A stretch of DNA of 64,000 nt. Source: Eubacteriales bacterium (GTDB lineage: Bacteria; Bacillota; Clostridia; Oscillospirales; CAG-272). This document shows, piece by piece, positions 1 to 9,960 of this stretch (position 1 is the first letter of the stretch; every line of letters begins with the position of its first letter). Both the position numbers and the translations under genes were made by a program. A model generated the notes under the pieces. The model worked only from the letters and a program-made list of their open reading frames with translations. It was not told the DNA's origin and did not search any database. The DNA lies in contig JAZRGA010000009.1 of NCBI GenBank assembly GCA_045643945.1, forward strand, positions 1,190-65,189, in the 5' to 3' direction.

Positions 1-2691
1 GTGATAATTTATTATACGCAATATCTCGCAACGCAAATTGGTATTTTCCTCTGGCACTGCCGCAATAATAATATCGAGGTCGGGTTGATTTTTGTAGGGC
101 GTGAGGTCGGCGCAAAGAGCATAACCGTCAAAATTACAGTTTGCTCCGTCAGATGCATCAAATGTGACGTAATTTGTATCACTCACATACCCAACCGTTT
201 GTTGGTTCAATCTCTGCTCGACTCCACCCTCAGCATAATACCATCCGTCAACAGTAAAAGTACTACCATCCTTATCCTTAATATTTCGATCTGCCATTAC
301 GTTAGTTCCGGTAAAGGTCATATCGTGCCATGTCTTGCCACCGTCTGCCGAATATACGTACTTATTTATTCCGCCCTTACAGACCGCCCAACCGTCAAGA
401 TATATCTTATAATCGTTAGCAGTACCGGGAGCAACCGAAAACTTTCTCGCATCTATTATAGGCGCGTAGATATTTCCCACCGCAAAGTAATTTCCCGTAT
501 CATAGCCTCTTGCGTCACAGTTCTGACCCGTACCGTTCCAGCCTCTGTAGTTAGCGAAAACGTTATCAGACGTTACATCGTTTATTCCATTATATTTTAT
601 ATGAGTTGTGCCTATTTGAGTATCGGCAATCTTAACACCGTTCGACTCAATTTCCGAGCTAAACTGCACAACCTCCTGAATACGCACGTTGTCAATTCTT
701 ATATTGTACCAGCCTGCATGCTCAAGCGCATCTATCTGCCATATCCAATAAAGGTCCTTTATATAGCCTCTTTCATCCGTTCCAAGCGTGTTTTTTGTAG
801 AGTCTATATTAAAGGAAAATGTAGTATTATAAAATGTTATCCAGTTTATGCCCTGCTGACTGTTCTGCTCGATATGCTGAATAGCATTAAACCAATTGCG
901 GCACTTTGTGGCATCAATTGAAAGCGTCTCTTCGTTTACGTCTTCTCCCGTCCAATCTAAAATAGCAGCGTTAAAAGGGTCATTAACAGTTCCGTCCTCA
1001 TCCACCGTAGTATAATTAGGAAATTGATTAAATTTATCAGATACCTGCGCCATATTATAACGGGTAACAAAGTTATATTTTGTAAGAGAAAAATCGCCCT
1101 TATCTGCAGTAATGTTTCTATTATTCCAGTCCTTATGAGCATATACTATCTGTTCTCTGTTATCAAAATGATTTTCATTAGAAATTCCAATACCGGCATC
1201 TAAATTACTTGAACTGTATAAATATGAACGGAACTGAGTATCAGCCGTCATTGAAGGAAATATCTCCTCGAACGCGGCATAATCATACAAATTTTTACCG
1301 TAGCTTGTATTTGTTGTATTATTATTTGTACCAAGCATGTCATCAAATAAGGTATCAAAACCCGCATTGTTCAAAATACTGTTTCCAACGTCAGTGTTTC
1401 CCTGTCTTGCAAGTGAAATATCAAAGGTTACCTTATAGGTAGTATCATACCTTATATTCTTTACGGGAATCTGCAAGGAAACGGGATTAGCTTTGTTTGG
1501 ATCTGCTCTATTTGTGAAAACTGGGTTCTTATCTTGTGCATTCGTCGTAACCGAACGGTAAAGAGATTCAGCTCTAAGCCCAAGACTGTTTTCGGTTGCC
1601 TCGGTGATAAACGTGCCTCTGCCATCACTGTATTCAGTTTTTCCTGGAACATTACTTCCTCGATAATATATACCGTCGTCTTCAACTTTCATTCCTTCCG
1701 AGTATAAGTAAACCTGATTATTAGTAAACGAGGTCTGTGGGAACATAAAATATGGGTCAACGCTTGAGCGGTAATCGGTTGTTCCGTCGAGATTCATAAC
1801 CTTGTTTATATCAAGCCCTTGAATACTGATTCGGTAATTGTGTTGTCCCTTTATACCCGTAAAGTCCCATGCCCAAATAACATAGCCCTTTGTAACGTCG
1901 GCAGCGGTTGCCTTAAAGGAAAGCTTTACCGTTTCGGCACGAGTGGGAGTAAGCGTCTTCCACTGATATACAGAGTGTTCTTCCTTATCGGCATAGTAAA
2001 TTTTTTCATCATGGTATTTCGTCTGCGTTTCTGACATTGAAACTCGGTTAGCCATGTTAAGAGGTGTGTTACTTCCAAAAGTAAATCCATCATCAGAATT
2101 AAGCACCTCACAACCCATACAATACTGATAGCTCTGTGTGAAAACGCTGTCATCGAAATATTCATTGTCAGGGTGATCGTATCCGTAGGTATTTCCCCCT
2201 TTGTCGTTGTATCCATATTTGTTAAGATCACTTTGATACGGTTCGTTAGTCACACCGAAAAGAAAATCCACGGTAAAATCAAGAGTATAATAGCCAGCCT
2301 CATCAACGGGAATTTTTATTTGATATACGATACTGTCACCAAAGTAATATGTTGGATACTTTGTCGTACCATTTTCTGTATACTTCCAGTAATCTTTATT
2401 TTGCTTAGGATCTTTCATTCCAACCGCAATATCTTGCAAAATATTTTTAGCGTCCTTGTAGACACCAAATTTTGGAGTATATTTGTCGGTCATATGTTGA
2501 CCGGTCTGACCTTCCCCATTTCCATCGACAAGATAATACTGAAGCTCCAAATCGGACCTTGCCTCGAAATCGAGAGCCTTGGAGAGCTTTTTAAAATACT
2601 CCGCCTTTGTGACTCCGAGAATGGAGCTTAGCAATATTGAGGATAACAAGGTTATCGCTATTAAAATTATTAAAAATGACCTTTTTTTCAT
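1..2691 (-). CDS. large secreted multidomain protein, C-terminus lies beyond the window (>=897 aa)
   Basis: Absent from the supplied ORF track because it has no in-window stop. My manual minus-strand translation from ATG 2691..2689 (GGGGGAAA RBS about 8 nt upstream) stays open to nt 1. The N-terminus MKKRSFLIILIAITLLSSILLSSILGVTKA|EYFKKLSKALDFEAR is a signal peptide. Jelly-roll/CBM-like module ends are present (YTLDFTVDF, WYNIRIDNVRIQEV). One Asp-box, YSADGGKTWHDM, is encoded at about 328-351. Confidence 0.8.
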   Translation of the reverse strand, partial: MKKRSFLIILIAITLLSSILLSSILGVTKAEYFKKLSKALDFEARSDLELQYYLVDGNGEGQTGQHMTDKYTPKFGVYKDAKNILQDIAVGMKDPKQNKDYWKYTENGTTKYPTYYFGDSIVYQIKIPVDEAGYYTLDFTVDFLFGVTNEPYQSDLNKYGYNDKGGNTYGYDHPDNEYFDDSVFTQSYQYCMGCEVLNSDDGFTFGSNTPLNMANRVSMSETQTKYHDEKIYYADKEEHSVYQWKTLTPTRAETVKLSFKATAADVTKGYVIWAWDFTGIKGQHNYRISIQGLDINKVMNLDGTTDYRSSVDPYFMFPQTSFTNNQVYLYSEGMKVEDDGIYYRGSNVPGKTEYSDGRGTFITEATENSLGLRAESLYRSVTTNAQDKNPVFTNRADPNKANPVSLQIPVKNIRYDTTYKVTFDISLARQGNTDVGNSILNNAGFDTLFDDMLGTNNNTTNTSYGKNLYDYAAFEEIFPSMTADTQFRSYLYSSSNLDAGIGISNENHFDNREQIVYAHKDWNNRNITADKGDFSLTKYNFVTRYNMAQVSDKFNQFPNYTTVDEDGTVNDPFNAAILDWTGEDVNEETLSIDATKCRNWFNAIQHIEQNSQQGINWITFYNTTFSFNIDSTKNTLGTDERGYIKDLYWIWQIDALEHAGWYNIRIDNVRIQEVVQFSSEIESNGVKIADTQIGTTHIKYNGINDVTSDNVFANYRGWNGTGQNCDARGYDTGNYFAVGNIYAPIIDARKFSVAPGTANDYKIYLDGWAVCKGGINKYVYSADGGKTWHDMTFTGTNVMADRNIKDKDGSTFTVDGWYYAEGGVEQRLNQQTVGYVSDTNYVTFDASDGANCNFDGYALCADLTPYKNQPDLDIIIAAVPEENTNLRCEILRIINYH

Positions 2692-2889
2692 AATTCATTT
2701 CCCCCGTATCAAATATATATTCGATATTTAGTTATAGTTATAATTATAATTATACATATTAATTATAACACAATACGGAGCTTTTTTCAAGATTTTTTTA
2801 TGCCTTTTTATTAACTTTGTGTAAATTTTCCGAATATATATTTGATTTTGCGCAAAAACGAGGAAATTTTCTATTTCTATATACTTCTT

Positions 2890-3681
2890 CTATCCTCTGT
2901 CTAATTTATTTTTCAAATCACCGTAGACGGGAGTTGCAAGTCCAAATCCGCCCGAAACCGTCAAAATTTGCCCAGTTATATATGCGGAATCGTCACTCGC
3001 AAAATATACCACCGCCGAGGCGATTTCCTCGGGGAGTCCCATTCGCTCAAGAGGAATATGCTTTAAAAACAGTGTACGAAAATCCTCCGATAGCTTTTCT
3101 CTAACCGCATCGGTTGCCGTCATTCCCGGCAGAACGGCGTTACATCTGATTTTGTGCTTTGCTTCATGCACGGCTATAAGCTTTGTCAAATGATTAATTG
3201 CCGCCTTTGCCGTTCCGTAAGCAATCTGCGATATATCGGGAACGCTGCCTCCAACCGAGGATATATTAATAATACTTCCACCGTTTTTCATATACCCTAT
3301 TACCGATTTACTTGCCATAAACACGCTTCGCAAATTTAGCGAAACGGTATCTATAAAGACATCGGCATCGGTGTTTGCAAGGTCAAGGTCGCGTTTGGGG
3401 TCAGACGTGCCGAAATTATTAACAAGCACGTCTATTCTTCCCTCTCTTTCTGCAACCGTTTCCGCCATAGAAGCATAGGACTCGGGAACGCTTGCATCGT
3501 TATATACACACCTTACCTTAAATCCTACGTTATTCAGGCGTTCCGCCTCCCTCTCGGCTCTTTCAAGATTTCTTGCCGCCATATAAACTATAGCTCCCTC
3601 CTTAGCGCAAGCCTCGGTTACGGCAAGACCTATACCTCTTGTTGAGGCTGTTACAATTACAACTTTATCCTTTAGCTTCAT
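2890..3681 (-). CDS. SDR-family short-chain dehydrogenase/reductase
   Basis: Has TASTRGIGLA (TGxxxGxG) and YGTAKAA (YxxxK). Start moved from ORF-track 3759 to MKLKDKVVIV (ATG 3681). Overlaps the stop of the upstream MFS gene by 17 nt. Confidence 0.85.
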   Translation of the reverse strand: MKLKDKVVIVTASTRGIGLAVTEACAKEGAIVYMAARNLERAEREAERLNNVGFKVRCVYNDASVPESYASMAETVAEREGRIDVLVNNFGTSDPKRDLDLANTDADVFIDTVSLNLRSVFMASKSVIGYMKNGGSIINISSVGGSVPDISQIAYGTAKAAINHLTKLIAVHEAKHKIRCNAVLPGMTATDAVREKLSEDFRTLFLKHIPLERMGLPEEIASAVVYFASDDSAYITGQILTVSGGFGLATPVYGDLKNKLDRG

Positions 3682-5092
3682 TTTTATTTTCCTTTCTTGT
3701 ATGAATTTTAGGCAATAAAGCGACAGCCACAAGACCCAAAGCAACGCAAGCAATTTCACTTATCGCCAATAATTTTATAGAGTCAACCGCCGCAGAAATT
3801 TCATCACTTCCCTTATTAATATTTGCCGTTACCCGATTTGTAAACAAAGGAACGAAAATCGCAACTCCGAACGGTGCGGCAAGATCACGGAATAGCCCGT
3901 ACGTTCCCGTAGCCGTACCCGCTTTTTTAGTGGATATTCCCGAAAGCACTACCCTCATAAAAATAGTTGCGTTAGCGCCAAGACCAAAGCCGAGCAGACC
4001 AAGCGAAGCCGCTAACGTCAAAATCGAGGTCGCAGAGGAAAATAAAAGCATTAAAGCGCTTCCGAATCCCGTAATGACGAACGATACACTTAAAATTCTC
4101 TTTGGCTCAAATTTATCGGCAAGCGGTCCGAGCAGAATCGAGCCTAACGACATTCCTACATACATGATTGATATAGCATACCCCGATATAACTGTGTTTT
4201 CGGGTTGAGTATAATTGACAAACACGATAATATTAGTCATATTTGCTTGCATCAAGCCTTGCGTTAAAAAAAGCGCAACAACCGATAGAACAAAGGAACG
4301 CCGCTTCATAAAGCTACCCTCCAAAATAGGAGTTTTCGCCCTTTTCTCGACAAAAGCAAGAGCAAAAAACGATATTACGGCGGCGATTAATACAATAGCA
4401 AACGGTATCGAGCGCCACCCAAAGTTTTGACCGAACGAGGGAACGCAAAGTATCAGGCTAAAGAATATCAATACAAGCACACTACCAAGCGCATCAAAGC
4501 CCGAAAGTGATTTTTTAACAGTCCTCTTTTCTTTATTCGTCAAAAGGCAAGCCAAAAATACGACAACCGAGATTGCGACGCATATCCACATCATCACGCG
4601 CCAGCCCCACCTATTTATAATAAGTCCTCCGAGCGTTGGTCCAAATATAACGGCAGCGCTCGATATAAGCATATAAAGCGAAAAACCGCCCGATATCTTA
4701 TCCGATGGAAATTCTCCCACTATATACGCAATTACTACGGGAGCAATAGCCGCGCTTCCTACTCCAACCACAAATCGTGCCGCAAGCATAAATATAAGCG
4801 ACGTTGCAGCTGCGGTCATAATATTTCCAAGAATAAAAATCAAAATCCCGAGGAGCAGTGTAATTCGTCTGCCGATAACGTCGCCAAGCTTTCCAAGAAT
4901 TGGGGCAAAAACGGCAGTAGATATAGACATAGCAAGTGCCGTCCAGGTTGTATTATTATAATCAAGTCCGAGGTCCTTTACAAATGCAGGTCCTAAAACC
5001 GTTGTAAATCCGCCGATAATACCTATTAAAAAAGCCGCAAGTGCATAAGGAATAAAGCCCAAGAGATAGCGCTTTGAATCCGTTCTTTCCAT
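3665..5092 (-). CDS. MFS transporter, DHA2/EmrB-like drug:H+ antiporter type
   Basis: Polytopic hydrophobic profile with MFS motif A, GKLGDVIGRR. Start moved to MERTDSK (ATG 5092), 5 nt after the RBS AAAGGAGAG. Confidence 0.8.
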   Translation of the reverse strand: MERTDSKRYLLGFIPYALAAFLIGIIGGFTTVLGPAFVKDLGLDYNNTTWTALAMSISTAVFAPILGKLGDVIGRRITLLLGILIFILGNIMTAAATSLIFMLAARFVVGVGSAAIAPVVIAYIVGEFPSDKISGGFSLYMLISSAAVIFGPTLGGLIINRWGWRVMMWICVAISVVVFLACLLTNKEKRTVKKSLSGFDALGSVLVLIFFSLILCVPSFGQNFGWRSIPFAIVLIAAVISFFALAFVEKRAKTPILEGSFMKRRSFVLSVVALFLTQGLMQANMTNIIVFVNYTQPENTVISGYAISIMYVGMSLGSILLGPLADKFEPKRILSVSFVITGFGSALMLLFSSATSILTLAASLGLLGFGLGANATIFMRVVLSGISTKKAGTATGTYGLFRDLAAPFGVAIFVPLFTNRVTANINKGSDEISAAVDSIKLLAISEIACVALGLVAVALLPKIHTRKENKNEAKG

Positions 5093-5223
5093 AAACTCTC
5101 CTTTTAAATCGTTGTCGTTTCGTAGTATATCCATTTTTTCGCTGAATTATTTACGCAAAAGTCGGGAATAATCTATTTTAAAAAGAGGTCAACCTCTAAA
5201 AAACCAAAAGGAGATATATTTTT

Positions 5224-5787
5224 ATGTCAATGATAGGTAAAGAAATTGCAGATTTTAAGGCTCACGCATTTCACGAAAACAATTTTAAAACGGTATCCAA
5301 AGAGGATATTTTGGGTAAATGGAGCGTATTTTTCTTTTATCCCGCAGATTTTACCTTTGTATGCCCTACCGAGCTTGAGGATCTTGCCGAGAAGTACGAT
5401 GCTTTTAAAAACGTAGGCTGTGAAATCTATTCGGTATCCACCGATACGCATTTTGTGCATAAGGCGTGGCATGATGCCTCGGAGCGAATTAAAAAAATAA
5501 AATATCCTATGCTTGCCGATCCCACTCACAAAATTTCAAGAGATTTCGAGGTTTTAATCGAGTCCGACGGTCTTGCGGAGCGCGGAACGTTTATTATCAA
5601 TCCCGACGGAAAAATAGTTGGATATGAGGTAACGGCAGGTAACGTAGGAAGAAACGCCGAGGAGCTTTTCCGCCGCGTTCAGGCATGTCAATTCGTTCAC
5701 GCTCACGGTGACGAGGTCTGCCCTGCAAATTGGAAGCCCGGAGCAGAAACACTCAAGCCAAGTCTTGATCTTGTGGGTCAGCTTTAA
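5224..5787 (+). CDS. ahpC: peroxiredoxin AhpC (typical 2-Cys)
   Basis: 187 aa. FVCPTE is the peroxidatic Cys motif and EVCPANW carries the resolving Cys. RBS is AAAGGAG. The stop TAA overlaps the next ATG (TAATG). Confidence 0.93.
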   Translation: MSMIGKEIADFKAHAFHENNFKTVSKEDILGKWSVFFFYPADFTFVCPTELEDLAEKYDAFKNVGCEIYSVSTDTHFVHKAWHDASERIKKIKYPMLADPTHKISRDFEVLIESDGLAERGTFIINPDGKIVGYEVTAGNVGRNAEELFRRVQACQFVHAHGDEVCPANWKPGAETLKPSLDLVGQL

Positions 5788-7439
5788 TGAGCGCTACTCA
5801 AAATTATGATAAAAATAAGCTTTATGACGTAATTGTCATAGGCGGCGGTCCTTCGGGGCTAACTGCCGCGCTCTATCTCTCACGCGCAAAATACAGAGTA
5901 TTGGTGCTTGAAAAAGAGCAATTCGGAGGACAGATAACTATTACTCACGAGGTGGTAAATTATCCCGGAATCGGCAAGGCAAGCGGCAAGGAAATCACAG
6001 AAACAATGAAGTCTCAGGGCGAAATCTTCGGAGCTGAGTTTTTGCTTGCAGAAGCAACTGCGCTTGAGCTTAGCGAGGACGTAAAAACCGTCACGACCGA
6101 TAAGGGAAACTTTTATTGCTTGGGTATTCTTATTGCTACGGGCGCTCATCCGAGAGCTATCGGCTTTAAGGGCGAGGCTGAACACAAGGGGCGCGGTGTG
6201 GCTTACTGCGCAACCTGCGACGGAGAATTTTTTACGGGTAAGGAAATTTTTGTGATTGGCGGAGGATATGCTGCCGCAGAGGAAAGTGTTTTCTTAACTA
6301 AATTTGCGCGCCACGTTACTATTTTAATGAGAAGCGACGATTTCACCTGCGCGGCGGCGGTTGCAGAGCCTGCAAAAAATCACAAAAGCATTACCGTTCT
6401 TACGAATACCGTAGTTGAAGAAGTATCGGGCGAGGGCGGACTTAATTATATTCGCTACAAAAACACCAAAAGCGGAAAGATTACCGAATACCGAGCAGAT
6501 GAAGGTGATTTCTTCGGCGTGTTCGTTTTAGCGGGATATATGCCCGATACAAAAATCGTAAAAAATCTTGTAGAGCTTAACGAGCAAGGATATATCGTTA
6601 CCGACTCAGAGCAACGCACAAGCGTCGACGGTGTATACGCGGCAGGCGACGTTTGCATAAAGCCACTCCGTCAGGTAGTTACCGCTACTGCCGACGGCGC
6701 TCTTGCGGCTACCGAGCTTGAAAAATACGTCGCTTCGGTGCAAAGCAGAACGGGTATTGCCGCAATATCCCCTATTTCAAAGAGCCATACCGCAGATAAC
6801 AACGTCAAGCTCGTCGATAGCCAAGACTTAAGCGAGGGGTTACTTTCGGATGATATGAAATCGCAGCTGCGGACACTGTTCGAAAAAATGCAAGGCAACG
6901 CTATCCTCAAGCTTTACCTTGACAATCGGGATATATCGAAAGAGCTTGAGGCTTATATGCGAGAGCTTGCCCTGCTTTCGAACAAGCTTACGGTTGACGT
7001 AATAGACGTTAACGCCTCGTCCGACCTCGCTCCGTGCGTACGTTTATGCTACTCTGACGGAACGGAATCGGGTCTTGCCTTTCACGGTGTTCCGGGCGGA
7101 CACGAATTTTCTTCATTCGTTTTAGGTATCTATAATGCAATCGGTCCGGGGCAATCGATTGATGAAAAGGCAAAAGAAGCTATTCAAAAAATAAGCAAGC
7201 CAATAAATATCAAGGTACTTGTGTCATTATCTTGCACAATGTGCCCCGATACCGTAATAGCCGCTCAATATATTGCGTCAAAAAGCAAAAACGTAACGGC
7301 AGAAATATACGATATTCACCATTTTGAGGAAATAAGAAAAAAATACAACGTAATGAGCGTTCCCTGCATCGTAATAAATGATAGCGACGTTTCATTTGGA
7401 AAAAAGAATATCGAGCAGATACTCGAGCTGATAGGGTAA
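5787..7439 (+). CDS. AhpF-like NAD(P)H peroxiredoxin reductase with TrxR module first and AhpF-NTD-like double thioredoxin fold last
   Basis: N-terminal half has GGGPSGLTAA (FAD), CATCDG (redox CxxC) and GGGYAAAEE (NAD). C-terminal roughly 200 aa carries a CTMCPD CxxC and VPCIVIND, as in the AhpF N-terminal domain. Translationally coupled to ahpC. Confidence 0.8.
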   Translation: MSATQNYDKNKLYDVIVIGGGPSGLTAALYLSRAKYRVLVLEKEQFGGQITITHEVVNYPGIGKASGKEITETMKSQGEIFGAEFLLAEATALELSEDVKTVTTDKGNFYCLGILIATGAHPRAIGFKGEAEHKGRGVAYCATCDGEFFTGKEIFVIGGGYAAAEESVFLTKFARHVTILMRSDDFTCAAAVAEPAKNHKSITVLTNTVVEEVSGEGGLNYIRYKNTKSGKITEYRADEGDFFGVFVLAGYMPDTKIVKNLVELNEQGYIVTDSEQRTSVDGVYAAGDVCIKPLRQVVTATADGALAATELEKYVASVQSRTGIAAISPISKSHTADNNVKLVDSQDLSEGLLSDDMKSQLRTLFEKMQGNAILKLYLDNRDISKELEAYMRELALLSNKLTVDVIDVNASSDLAPCVRLCYSDGTESGLAFHGVPGGHEFSSFVLGIYNAIGPGQSIDEKAKEAIQKISKPINIKVLVSLSCTMCPDTVIAAQYIASKSKNVTAEIYDIHHFEEIRKKYNVMSVPCIVINDSDVSFGKKNIEQILELIG

Positions 7440-7446
7440 ACGAAAA

Positions 7447-7480
7447 CGGCGATGATTAAAACTGTCATCGCCTATTTTTA
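7447..7480 (+). terminator. rho-independent terminator after the ahpC/ahpF-like pair
   Basis: Stem CGGCGATGA / TCATCGCC with a 9-nt loop, followed by TATTTTTA. Confidence 0.8.
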
Positions 7481-7611
7481 ATTTGATAAATTTTGTTTTT
7501 CTTTTTTTGAAAAGCTACGAGCATAAATATCTAAAATCTTGACTTTTCACTAAAAATGTGATACAATTATCAAGTTAAAAGCATTACAAAAAACAAAAGA
7601 GAGAAAATAAC

Positions 7612-8406
7612 GTGAAAAAATACAAAATAATCGACTCACACTGTCACATATATCCCGATAAAATTGCAGAAAAGGCGGCGGCAAGCACTGGAAATTTTTA
7701 CGACCTCCCCGCTGCTCTTGACGGAAAGATATCTACCCTGCTCGAGCATGGCAAGAGGGCGGGCATTGAGCATTTTATCGTTCAATCGGTTGCAACAACG
7801 CCAAAGCAGGTTTCAAGCATAAATCACTTTATACACGACTCTGTTGCCGCAAGTGACGGACATTTTACGGGTCTTGGAACGCTCCACCCCGACAGTGAGG
7901 ATATTGAGGCCGACGTAAATGAAATTATTGCCTTGGGACTTAAGGGCGTAAAGCTTCATCCCGATATACAAAAAGTTGCAATAGATGACCCTCGAATGCA
8001 TAAAATTTATGAGCTTTGCGAGGGCAGACTTCCAATGCTGCTTCACACGGGAGATTACCGCTATGACCTTTCAAACCCCAACCGAGTAATACCGATACTT
8101 GAGCAATACCCCGACCTCACGGTTATCGGCGCTCACTTTGGCGGTTGGTCTATTTGGGAGGAGGCTACCGAAAAGCTTTGCAAATACAAGAATTTTTTAG
8201 TTGATTGCTCGTCCTCGCTTTACGCAATAACGCCCGAAACGGCAAAGGAGCTTATCCACGTTTACGGTGTTGAGCGCGTGTTGTTTGGTACAGACTACCC
8301 TCTCTGGACTCCCGAGGAAGAAATTGAGAGATTTATGAAGATAGACCTAACCGAAGAAGAACGTGAAAACATCTTTTATAATAACGCCGCAAAATTATTT
8401 TTTTAA
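7612..8406 (+). CDS. amidohydrolase-2 type TIM-barrel metal-dependent hydrolase
   Basis: 264 aa with a GTG start. N-terminal DSHCHIYP metal-ligand motif, internal KLHPD and LHTGD, C-terminal FGTDYP. Confidence 0.75.
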   Translation: MKKYKIIDSHCHIYPDKIAEKAAASTGNFYDLPAALDGKISTLLEHGKRAGIEHFIVQSVATTPKQVSSINHFIHDSVAASDGHFTGLGTLHPDSEDIEADVNEIIALGLKGVKLHPDIQKVAIDDPRMHKIYELCEGRLPMLLHTGDYRYDLSNPNRVIPILEQYPDLTVIGAHFGGWSIWEEATEKLCKYKNFLVDCSSSLYAITPETAKELIHVYGVERVLFGTDYPLWTPEEEIERFMKIDLTEEERENIFYNNAAKLFF

Positions 8407-8415
8407 ATAAAAAGC

Positions 8416-8460
8416 ACCGCTTTATTGTCGATAAACGATAGTAAAGCGGTAATTTATTAT
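8416..8460 (+). terminator. rho-independent terminator
   Basis: Perfect 9-bp stem ACCGCTTTA / TAAAGCGGT (8416-8424 / 8442-8450), followed by a T-rich tail. Confidence 0.7.
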
Positions 8461-8565
8461 ATTTTTTATTTATTTTACATTTTATCCAATTTAATATTGA
8501 AAAACTATTAAAAATATGTTATAATAAATAAAATAACTTCAACTTCCTACGAAACGGAGAAAATT

Positions 8566-9900
8566 ATGAAGCTTGATACTAAAAAAACATTTTTAGTCGG
8601 CTTTGCCTTTCTTGCGATAACCGCATTTTGGCAGATGTACGACGGTCTTATTCCTAAAATGCTTGATGAAACCTTTAATCTCGGTCAGACCCTTTCGGGC
8701 GTGATTATGGCTGCCGACAACGTTCTTGCGCTATTTCTTCTCCCCCTTTTTGGACGTCTTTCCGACCGTTGTAACACTCGAATAGGAAAACGCCGTCCCT
8801 TTATTATCGTCGGTATGATAATGACTCTAATTCTTATGATTTGGATTCCGATTATCGACAACTCCTATTTTGCAGCCCCCTCAACGGCTAAAATTATACT
8901 CTTTATAGGCGTTTTGGCGATGCTCCTTATAACTATGGCTCTTTACAGAAGCCCTGCGGTTGCTCTTATGCCCGATATAACACCTAAGCCTCTGCGTAGC
9001 AAGGCTAACGCAATAATAAATCTTATGGGTGCTGTCGGTGGTGTGCTTTATCTTTTATTCACCGCGGTTATGTATCCCGAAAGCAAGACTCAAGGTCTTG
9101 AGCACGTCAACTACGTTCCCCTCTTTATAGCGGTTATGGCGGTTATACTCATTTCTCTCGCTATGATAATCTTCTTCGTAAACGAGCCAAAGCTTGCTAA
9201 AAAGCAGCAGGAATACGAGGAGGCTCACCCCGAGGAAAATCTTACCGAAACTACTGAAAACAGTAAAACCGTTATGCCTAAGCCCGTAAAGCGCAGTCTT
9301 ATCTTTCTGCTTTTATCGGTTGCCTTCTGGTATATCGGATATAACGGAATTTCCACCTTCTTTACTACCTTTACCGAGGAGGTTTGGGGGGTCGGAATTG
9401 GTGGCGCTTCGCTCTGTCTTACGATTGCAACCGCGGCGGCAATCGTTTGCTACATTCCCGCAGGTATTCTCGCAAGCAAGATAGGACGTAAAAAAACTAT
9501 TATTGCAGGCGTTCTGCTCCTTGCGATAAGTTTTCTCGTCGGATTTATCTACACCCTTTGCGTAAACACATTCCACCCTGCCCTTTACGTTCTTTTCGCA
9601 TTCGTCGGAATTGCGTGGGCAACCATTAACGTAAATAGCTTTCCTATGGTCGTTGAAATGTGTCACGGAAGCGATATCGGTAAATTTACGGGACTTTACT
9701 ATACCTTTAGTATGGCGGCTCAAATAATTACTCCTATTGCCGCAGGCTTCTTAATTGAAAAAATAGACTTCAAGGTCCTTTTCCTCTATTCGGCAATATT
9801 CGTATTCCTCTCCTTTATCACAATGTGCTTCGTTATGCACGGTGATACAAGGGTCGAGCGCAAAAAAGGTCTTGAGGCATTCGACGTTGACGTTGATTAA
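8566..9900 (+). CDS. MFS transporter, GPH/SLC45-like sugar:cation symporter type
   Basis: 444 aa with 12 predicted TM segments. The LSDRCNTRIGKRRPFII motif is typical of the glycoside-pentoside-hexuronide / sucrose-transporter-like branch. Confidence 0.7.
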   Translation: MKLDTKKTFLVGFAFLAITAFWQMYDGLIPKMLDETFNLGQTLSGVIMAADNVLALFLLPLFGRLSDRCNTRIGKRRPFIIVGMIMTLILMIWIPIIDNSYFAAPSTAKIILFIGVLAMLLITMALYRSPAVALMPDITPKPLRSKANAIINLMGAVGGVLYLLFTAVMYPESKTQGLEHVNYVPLFIAVMAVILISLAMIIFFVNEPKLAKKQQEYEEAHPEENLTETTENSKTVMPKPVKRSLIFLLLSVAFWYIGYNGISTFFTTFTEEVWGVGIGGASLCLTIATAAAIVCYIPAGILASKIGRKKTIIAGVLLLAISFLVGFIYTLCVNTFHPALYVLFAFVGIAWATINVNSFPMVVEMCHGSDIGKFTGLYYTFSMAAQIITPIAAGFLIEKIDFKVLFLYSAIFVFLSFITMCFVMHGDTRVERKKGLEAFDVDVD

Positions 9901-9960
9901 ATTTACGTCACAAGCACTCTTTTAAAATCAAACTAAAGACAGATACGAAAGGAGAGCAAA

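Noticed and set aside
1-2691. An apparent 2.7-kb stretch without a long ORF in the supplied track. This raised suspicion of a non-coding region, a pseudogene or an alternative genetic code. The track also lists a 306-aa plus-strand ORF at 1-921.
   Set aside because: Manual translation shows one uninterrupted standard-code minus-strand frame from 2691 to the window edge. The track only lists ORFs with both ends inside the window. The 1-921 plus ORF is the codon-aligned shadow frame of that gene.
5184-5197. The dyad AGAGGTcaACCTCT upstream of ahpC as a PerR/OxyR/Rex operator.
   Set aside because: It does not resemble the PerR (TTATAAT-N-ATTATAA) or Rex (TTGTGAA-N6-TTCACAA) consensus as I know them. 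I saw no second copy in the window. It is kept only as a side note under the AhpF finding.
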